Assembly (NCBI GenBank): GCA_964016885.1
Contig: OZ024740.1
Location: 382,850,001 to 382,914,000, forward strand
DNA from: Eledone cirrhosa
Taxonomy: Eukaryota
Reading direction: 5' to 3'
Length of the DNA stretch: 64,000 nt
The position numbers and the translations under genes are program-made. Below the pieces are notes generated by a model. It searched no databases. It saw nothing but the letters and a program-made list of their open reading frames with translations, and was not told where the DNA came from. Positions 54,164 to 64,000 of the stretch are shown piece after piece. Position 1 is the stretch's first letter. Each line of letters opens with the position of its first letter.

Positions 54164-54489
54164 AAGAAAATGAAAAATCAGTGATGCACCTGGACTTAGT
54201 TAATTTCGTGTTACAAATGTTTCGCCGGCATGTAGCTGGATTCATGGTCCTTGTATGGATCTGGCTGATTCTACTTCTGCGGGTTCTATCAGACACGGGT
54301 GTTATGTCCGGAGCAAATGTTATCAGTGATAACATTTGCTCCGGACATAACACCCGTTGTCTGAAAGAACCCGCAGAAGTAGAATCAGCCAAATCCATAC
54401 AAGGACCTTGACTCGAGCTACGTGCCGGCGAAACATTTGTAACACGAAATAAACTAAATCCAGATGCATCACTGATTTTTCGTTTTCTT
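54164..54489. mobile_element. Spacer-less palindrome (about 160-bp arms, centre 54326) with a variant hammerhead in each arm
   Basis: Arms mirror across TATCA-G-TGATA. Motifs CGTGT-CTGATAGA...GAA-ACATTTGT-A-ACACG at 54207-54297 (-) and the CTGAAAGA version at 54355-54446 (+). Confidence 0.85.
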
Positions 54490-54573
54490 TATAATATATA
54501 CACTCTACTCTGATGAATATCGAGTGCTAATTTTGGCATACCGCCCACGGAAGCACCATAGCTACCACTATAC

Positions 54574-54621
<48 letters not shown>

Positions 54622-54630
<9 letters not shown>

Positions 54631-57194
54631 GGAAAAAGAACAAAGGAACTTTTTATGACATTATAACAAGTTTATTGCCGACAGCCGTTTCGTCCGACCA
54701 TATGGCGGGACTTTTCAAGGCATATAACAGGTAATTGTAAGTTCCTAATTTTCATCAACGTTTCACTCAAGATTAGCAGTTTGAAATCGTGGTATACATC
54801 AACAGCTCAGCTTGTATATGTGGGGTCTATATTCTAAGGGGGCTCTTTTATATTAGTTGTAAGAGTTGTAAGAGGGATGGGTTATAGGGAATTAAGGTAA
54901 TTTGAAAAGGGCCTACAAGTTCGGGATTGAAGGTTAAAAATTAAAGAATTTATAAGTTACGCATTAAAAGTAAAAGACTTGGGATCTCTTAAAAGCACCT
55001 TTAAAAATCCTTCAATAAGCGCATAAAGCTTATAAGCCTCAATAAACTTAAAAAACCAGAAGAGATGAAGAGAATAAAAATATAAAAAGTTTCCTAAAAA
55101 ATTCCTTTAAAAAAAATTTTTTTTCTAAGAAATTCCCTTAAAAAATTTAAGAAAATTTACGAAGATTTAATAATCCCTACGAAAGTTCTAAGCTCAAAAA
55201 TTAAAAATTAAAAATTAAAAATTAGGGAAAAAAACTTTCAATAAGATTTAAGAGGTTAATAAAGTTAATGATTTAGGGAAGCCATAATATAAAGATTAAA
55301 ATTTAAGTTAGGATTTGAAGTTTAAGAGTTCCAAACCCAGAAATTAAAAAATTTTATGAATTTAAGATTAAGCAATCTTATATATCCAAGATTAAAAATT
55401 AAAGATTAAGAGGTTGGACATTAAATTTAATTTTAAAAATTAAGAAATAAATAGTTGAGAGAAATTAATCAATTAAAGGTTAATTCAAAAAGCCTTAAAA
55501 AAATCTCTCAGAAAAGGCCCCTTTAATATTTTTAATAAAAACCTCTTCCGAAAGACCCTTCAAAGAATTAAAATTTTAGAGAACCTTTAAAAATATATAT
55601 AAATGAATTGAGGAAAATTACAAATTAAAAATTACGGGATTTGGGAGATCCGAGGAATTTCCAAATGGTTGCTTCAACAGATACAACAACTTAGGTATAA
55701 TAAATAAAGTAATTTAAGTAATCTAATTAAGGAGCAATTCAAAGAGCTTATCAAGTTGGGCTCGAATATTAAAGAAAATGATAAGTAAGAAAATATATAA
55801 GCAAAAAGACAATAATTATAAAATGTATTTTTAAGAAGGTATTAAATAGCTTCAGTAATCTAATAATGTATTATCAAAACATTATTAATATAGGATTAAC
55901 AAAGATATAATAATATATTCCTGCCTAATTAACAAACAATTAATAAACAATTAACAGTCAAGCAAATTTACTCAGGGATATCCCACACACGGATACTTTA
56001 CACACATACAGTGAGATGAACAATACAGGTGACCTTGTAGGTGCTATATCCATTGTGCGCATGCAATCATCTGCGTAGCTCCAGACACAGTTGGTCTTGT
56101 TGAAAAGTTCCGAGTTCACGAATCAACTGGGATTCACTATCAGAAGTATGCACTCTCTGGGAGATGGACCCGCGGATCAAACAGCTAGTGGTCGCAGGGT
56201 GTGGTCCGTTCGATCTTTTCCATGTAGACTAAAATTTTAATTCTTTGAAGGGTCTTTCGGAAGAGGTTTTTATTAAAAATATTAAAGGGGCCTTTTCTGA
56301 GGGATTTTTTTAAGGCCTTTTGAATTAACCTTTAATTGATTAATTTCTCCCAACTATTTATTTCTTAATTTTTAAAATTAAATTTAATGTCCAACCTCTT
56401 AATCTTTAATTTTTAATCTTGGATATATAAGATTGCTTAATCTTAAATTCATTAAATTTTTAAATTTCTGGGTTTGGAACTCTTAAACTTCAAATCCTAA
56501 TTTAAATCTTAATCTTTATATTATGGATTCCCTAAATCATTAACTTTATTAACTTCTTAAAACTTATTGAAAGTTTTTTTCCCTAATTTTTAATTTTTAA
56601 TTTTAAATTTTTAATTTTTGAGCTTAGAACTTTCGTAGGGATTATTAAATCTTCGTAAATTTTCTTAAATTTTTTAAGGGAATTTCTTAGAAAAATTTTT
56701 TTTTTTTTTAAGGAATTTTTTAGGAAACTTTTTATTTTTTTATTCTCTTCATCTATTCTGGTTTTTTAAGTTTATTGAGGCTTATAAGCTTTATGCGCTT
56801 ATTGAGGAATTTTTAAAGGTGCTTTTAAGAGATCCCAAGTATTTTACTTTTAATGCGTAACTTATAAATTCTATAATTTTTAACCTTCAAGCCCTAACTT
56901 GTAGGCCCTTTTCAAATTCTCTTAATTCCCTATAACCCATCCCTCTTACAACTCCTACAACTAATATAAAAGAGCCCCCTCAGAATATAGACCCCAAATA
57001 TACAAGCTGAGCTGTTGATGTATACCACGATTTCAAACTGCTAATCTTGAATGAAACGTTGATGAAAATAATAAACTTACAATTACCTGTTATATGCCTT
57101 GAAAAGTTCCGCCATATGGTCGGACGAAGCGGCTGTCCGCAATAAACTTGTTATAATGTCATAAAAGTTTCTTTGTTCTTTTTCCTTAATATAT
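54622..57194. mobile_element. Large inverted-repeat element: about 960-bp arms (54622-55579, 56229-57194), about 650-bp spacer
   Basis: Arms are reverse complements with only scattered substitutions; hammerhead about 55 nt inside each outer end; (TA)n on the left. Confidence 0.92.
54676..54722 (-). ncRNA. Minimal type I hammerhead with compensatory U3-A8 core
   Basis: Minus strand TGCC-TTGAAAA-GTCC cgccatatggtc GGAC-GAA-ACGGCTGT-C-GGCA. The mirror copy at 57095-57141 (+) has GAAG and a stem I mismatch. Confidence 0.75.
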
Positions 57195-57294
57195 CTGCTC
57201 TGCTTATATGCATAGAGCTTAACTAGCTACCGTCGCATATTTGGTAGGTCAGGCATGATCATCGCGATTTACGAACGACCTACAATACATCTTG

Positions 57295-59724
<2,430 letters not shown>

Positions 59725-59799
59725 ACTTTGAAATGTTTTGGCCAGTATTGGCCCAGGCCATGTCTAACTTAATAGCACCACCTGGCGAAGTCTTTCAAT

Positions 59800-62700
59800 T
59801 CAGGATTTGGGCACCATGGCCCATTCGAGAAGAGAATTACTGTTTGCGGAGACATATCCGGGTGTGGGTGGTTTGTCCGGGATTACTTGGAGGAATTTGT
59901 CCAAAGACTTCTTGAATTTTGTGTGGTCAGTTTCTGTTTTGACGTGTCCTGGTGTGATGTTGAAGAGAGCAGGGCCGATTGAGGTGAAATAATTGTGCCG
60001 TATTGTTGTTATGAGTTGCGATTTAGATTTTTGAATGGGACGGATAGCACGGGGCCCAAGCCTTGGGTGTATCTTGAAGGCGATGCCAACATCATTTGGG
60101 CAGTGATGATGGAACATTTTCCACATCATGCAGATAATATAACGCTCACGGCGACGTTGGAGTGAGTAAAGTTTCAGGTTTTCCAATCGACCCCAGTAGT
60201 CAAGGTCTGACATGCCATCTATCTTTTTCGTGATTGCCCTTTGAGGAGCTTCAAGTTTCATGATACTTTGTTTCGTGTGGGGAGACCACAGTGGACAACA
60301 GTATTCAAGGTGTGGTCGGGCGAAAGTAGAGAAGAGAAGGATAATGGTGCGGGAATCTCTCGACTGGAAGGTTCTGAGGATCCAGGAACACATTCTGCGG
60401 GCCATGTCAACTTTGCTGCTTATATGCGTGGTCCAGCTTATGTTGCTGTCCACGGTTACTCCCAAGTCTCTGATGTTGTTAGATGCCACGAGAGTTTCCC
60501 CGGAGGGAAGGGAGTACGGGAGTTTCAGAGCATCCTCTTTTCCAAAGTGGATCAGTTCGAATTTGTCTTCGTTCAGTAACATGTTGTTCTTTTCTGCCCA
60601 TTGGGTAACAGCCAGTAGGTCTGACTGAAGGCTTATCCGGTCATCCACGCCATTGATGACCTTTTGGAGCTTGGAATCATCAGCGAAAATTTTAATGTTG
60701 CTGTGTTTGATGATGTCAGTGATGTCATTAATATAGATGATGAAGAGAAGTGGGCCCAACACAGTGCCTTGTGGGACTCCACTACTGACTTTGGCTGGGC
60801 TTGATTTGACTCCCTCAACTACAACATGTTGGGTTCTGTTTGACAGGAAGCTCTTGATCCACTGCAGCAGCTTTCCAGTGACACCAATATTGGACAGCTT
60901 TCTCAGTAGAATGTTATGATCAACCCTGTCAAAGGCCTTGCTGAAATCAAGGTAGATAACATCAGTGTTGGAACCCTCTCCCAAGGCTCTCAAAATGTCA
61001 TCAAAGTGATGCAGTAGTTGCGTCAGGCAATCCCTTCCATTACGGAATCCATGCTGGTTGGAGTTCAGCATATTGTTACTCTCAAGGAAGTGGGTCATTC
61101 GCGATCTCACCACTCGCTCAAATACCTTAATGATATGAGAGGTGAGTGAGATTGGACGGTAATTCACGGCAAGGGATTTGTTTCCCTTTTTGAAAACTGG
61201 GACAACAGACTGGGATAGAAGGTTTTCTGGCACATATCCAGCATCCAGTGAGTTCCGCCACAGATTGGCAAGAGGAGAAGCAAGTTGGTGTTGACACGCC
61301 TTCAAGACACAAGCAGGGAACCTATCGGGACCTACTGCTGAATTATGCTTGATTTCCTTTATTGCCGCCAAGACATCAGGGGCGCCAAACGTTATGTCCG
61401 ATAAGGTGTAATGGGGAGTAACATCGCCGATACAGCCCAGATCGGCCATATCAGGATTGCTGAAAACAGAGCAGTATTGTTTCTGCAGTATCTCACCCAT
61501 GGTTTTAGCATTGTCTTGAAGAGTGCCATTTTCATCAATTAGAGGGCGAACAGTAGAGCCAGTGATTTTGTGTTTTTTTGCAAATGAAAAGAACACTTTG
61601 GGATTGAGTTTGATCTTCTCAATGGCCCAGGCCTCTTCAGCTCTTCTCTGATTGTTGATGAGGGACATTATGTTGTTTTGGAGGTTATGTTTTTTAATCT
61701 CTAGTGATGAAATGGCAGTCAAGTTGATGTGTTGCTGCTGACAGTATTTCAGCTTGTTGATTTTTTTGTTCGTTCTCTTAATTTTTCTGATGAGTGTTTT
61801 TCTATTTCTAGGGATTCTGCTCTTAGATTTGTTTATAGTTCTTAATGGGGTGTGTTTAGCACATATGTTTGTAACAGTGTCCACAAATGTCTGCCAGAAC
61901 TTTTTGATGTTAGTGGGTGTATGAGTGTGCGTGAAGGACCAGTCGACATGTGCAAGATCATGACTGATCGCTTCCCAGTTTGCATTGTGGAAATCCATAG
62001 CGTCAAACGGATGGACAGGAGAAATGACATTGGGTTTGTATATTGGACGGTGGAATCTCAGATCACAGAGAACCATGTCATGATCAGAGAGTAGAGTTTT
62101 CTCCACTGCAATATTGTGGATATTGTCAGTGTGATTGCTGAAAATTAAGTCTAGGACGTTTTTGTGGCACCTCGTTGGTTCGAGAACTAGTTGGGATAGG
62201 AAGAAATCATCCATGAAGTCAAGAAGCGATTCCACAGCTTCCCTGTCAGAGGTTGAGGCAGAAGAACCTGGTGGCAGGGTGTTTGTGGACCAGTCAACTC
62301 CGGGGAGGTTGAAGTCCCCCATCATTAATATGTTGTCAGGGTGACACTCTTGGATGAAACACTTTATGCTGTTGAGGCATTCCTTGAAGCATGGTACAGG
62401 CGTTTGGGGTGGCCTATAGAGCCCAACTACTAATAGGTTGTTGGTTTGACTGAATACAGTGACTGCCTCACAGTATCCATTAGTGAATATGTTCATAGCC
62501 TCTGTTGAGAAAGAATTATGGACATAAATGGCAGTTCCGCCCTTTCTTCTGCCAGCGCGATCAGCACGGATGGCTTTGAAATTTTTCACTTTCACCTCGG
62601 CTTCCAAGTGGAGGTTACTGAGATGGGTTTCAGTGAGGACGAAGAAAGGGATGTGGTTTGGATGGACATCAATCCAGTCCTCCAGGAATTTGATCTTCCA

Positions 62701-62820
62701 TTTTTGAGTATTGGTGGAAGGGCTGATGCCTTGGGCGTTAAGCAAAAATGTAGAGGCGAGAGTGGATGGTTTTAATTGTTTTGGTGTGTTGTTAATTTGT
62801 TTGTTTGTTAATGGCAGCAA
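59800..62820 (-). CDS. LINE ORF2: apurinic-like endonuclease + reverse transcriptase
   Basis: LTETHL, YRPP, MGDFN, LDLIF, SDH (APE); [42 protein letters not shown] (RT); 1006 codons without a stop. The called start is TTG. Confidence 0.95.
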   Translation of the reverse strand: MLPLTNKQINNTPKQLKPSTLASTFLLNAQGISPSTNTQKWKIKFLEDWIDVHPNHIPFFVLTETHLSNLHLEAEVKVKNFKAIRADRAGRRKGGTAIYVHNSFSTEAMNIFTNGYCEAVTVFSQTNNLLVVGLYRPPQTPVPCFKECLNSIKCFIQECHPDNILMMGDFNLPGVDWSTNTLPPGSSASTSDREAVESLLDFMDDFFLSQLVLEPTRCHKNVLDLIFSNHTDNIHNIAVEKTLLSDHDMVLCDLRFHRPIYKPNVISPVHPFDAMDFHNANWEAISHDLAHVDWSFTHTHTPTNIKKFWQTFVDTVTNICAKHTPLRTINKSKSRIPRNRKTLIRKIKRTNKKINKLKYCQQQHINLTAISSLEIKKHNLQNNIMSLINNQRRAEEAWAIEKIKLNPKVFFSFAKKHKITGSTVRPLIDENGTLQDNAKTMGEILQKQYCSVFSNPDMADLGCIGDVTPHYTLSDITFGAPDVLAAIKEIKHNSAVGPDRFPACVLKACQHQLASPLANLWRNSLDAGYVPENLLSQSVVPVFKKGNKSLAVNYRPISLTSHIIKVFERVVRSRMTHFLESNNMLNSNQHGFRNGRDCLTQLLHHFDDILRALGEGSNTDVIYLDFSKAFDRVDHNILLRKLSNIGVTGKLLQWIKSFLSNRTQHVVVEGVKSSPAKVSSGVPQGTVLGPLLFIIYINDITDIIKHSNIKIFADDSKLQKVINGVDDRISLQSDLLAVTQWAEKNNMLLNEDKFELIHFGKEDALKLPYSLPSGETLVASNNIRDLGVTVDSNISWTTHISSKVDMARRMCSWILRTFQSRDSRTIILLFSTFARPHLEYCCPLWSPHTKQSIMKLEAPQRAITKKIDGMSDLDYWGRLENLKLYSLQRRRERYIICMMWKMFHHHCPNDVGIAFKIHPRLGPRAIRPIQKSKSQLITTIRHNYFTSIGPALFNITPGHVKTETDHTKFKKSLDKFLQVIPDKPPTPGYVSANSNSLLEWAMVPKS

Positions 62821-63965
62821 TGGGAGTTTGTGCAGTGGGGTGATAGTGGAGGGTGGTGCTGGGTGATAGCTCGAATGTTTTTTTCCAGTTCTTTTGCCAG
62901 ATTCATTATGGCTAAAAAAGAGGAAGAAGTTTCCTGTTTAGAAGACTGTTGGTGACTGTGGTAGTGGTTATTTTTATGTAGGTTATGGTTTTTGTTTTTG
63001 CTTTTATTTTTAATTTTATTTTCATTTATCCGACGGGTCCCCGGGAGATGGGTAAAGGGACAATCCCGGTCTAAACACAATCTGTCTCGCAGGGAAAAAC
63101 GGCAGATTTGTGGATTCCTTGTTTGAGTTATTGGTGGTTGTGTTGGTGTTAAATTAGAGTATGTATTATGGTGGTGGCTGTTTGTGGGGATAGATCGTTT
63201 TGTCCTAGGTAAATGGGTGAATTTGCAGCCACTATCCGTACATATTCTATAGCGTAGAGAGTAGCGGCAAATGATGGGGTTTCGAGTGGGTGGGTATGTG
63301 GGTGTGGGTGTTGTGAGAGGTGTAGATGATGGTTTGGGTAGGATTTGACGACCTTTGTGGACTGTGGGAGGGAGAGTTCTTGTTCTGGTATTAGAAGGTA
63401 AATTCCTTGACATAGCAGTAGACAAAAATGTTGTAGTAGTAGTAGTAGTAGTAGGCAGAGATGTTGGCAGTGGTGATGATTGGACTGCTGGGCCAGAGAA
63501 AGGATGTGGCGTTTCATGCTGTGAGACAGAGGCTACTGGGGGGTCAATAGTTTCATTTAGTAGATCGGCCATTGTTGATGAATCAAGGAGTGGTTCACAC
63601 TGTTGTTGTCGTTGTTGTTGTTGTTGTTGCTGTTGTTGTTGTTGTAGCTGTTGTTGTTGTTGTTGTTGTTGCTGTTGTAGCTGCTGTTGTTGTTGTTGCT
63701 GCTGCTGGACAGCATTCGAAGAGAAAACACACCGTAGTTTATCCAAATGTTTATTGATTAATTTAAAAGCAATTTCGATTTGCTTTAATTTATTTTGAAT
63801 CTGTTGTTCAGATCGAGTTTTCAAAAATTGAACTGTACGTTTAGCAATGTCGTTCAGAGATGAAGCATCTATATTTTCTGTTTGGGAAAGGCAATGCCAT
63901 GTGTTTATTAGAATGTCGATTTCATTATCAGACCAGTTCTGTTTGGATTTTTGCTGGTTAGCCAT
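62808..63965 (-). CDS. LINE ORF1: Myb/SANT-like N-terminus, polyQ, two CCCH zinc fingers
   Basis: NWSDNEIDILI...RSEQQIQNKL; long Q tract; CRYSLRYRICTDSGCKFTH and CRFSLRDRLCLDRDCPFTH; sits directly upstream of ORF2. Confidence 0.85.
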   Translation of the reverse strand: MANQQKSKQNWSDNEIDILINTWHCLSQTENIDASSLNDIAKRTVQFLKTRSEQQIQNKLKQIEIAFKLINKHLDKLRCVFSSNAVQQQQQQQQQLQQQQQQQQQQLQQQQQQQQQQQRQQQCEPLLDSSTMADLLNETIDPPVASVSQHETPHPFSGPAVQSSPLPTSLPTTTTTTTTFLSTAMSRNLPSNTRTRTLPPTVHKGRQILPKPSSTPLTTPTPTYPPTRNPIICRYSLRYRICTDSGCKFTHLPRTKRSIPTNSHHHNTYSNLTPTQPPITQTRNPQICRFSLRDRLCLDRDCPFTHLPGTRRINENKIKNKSKNKNHNLHKNNHYHSHQQSSKQETSSSFLAIMNLAKELEKNIRAITQHHPPLSPHCTNSHCCH

Positions 63966-64000
63966 TCTAGTTTTGAGTGTGTGTGTGTTTTAGTTAAGTA

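Overview
AT-rich eukaryotic genomic DNA, dense in (TA)n/(CA)n/(GA)n microsatellites. The tRNA-derived SINE family and overall texture suggest an octopus/cephalopod genome (inference). Only one host exon is supportable, a PAN/Apple-domain exon at 28126-28371 (+), so most of the window is probably intronic or intergenic. Conventional mobile DNA comprises an apparently intact CR1/L2-group LINE at the right end, two decayed Tx1/L1-like copies in (TAA)n tracts, two CRE-like RLE fragments and many SINEs. The main unexplained signal is a population of non-coding elements carrying minimal type I hammerhead ribozyme motifs (CUGANGA...GAAA-palindromic stem III-GUH), about 30 in total. Twenty lie in a 9.8-kb array of a 485-bp unit. 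The rest belong to several unrelated families arranged as partial tandems, long inverted repeats and circularly permuted copies, mostly ending 50-90 nt past the predicted cleavage site in (TA)n. This looks like a Penelope-like or retrozyme-type system that targets TA microsatellites. All folds were read by eye; none was computed or tested. Most ORFs in the supplied track are microsatellite artefacts.
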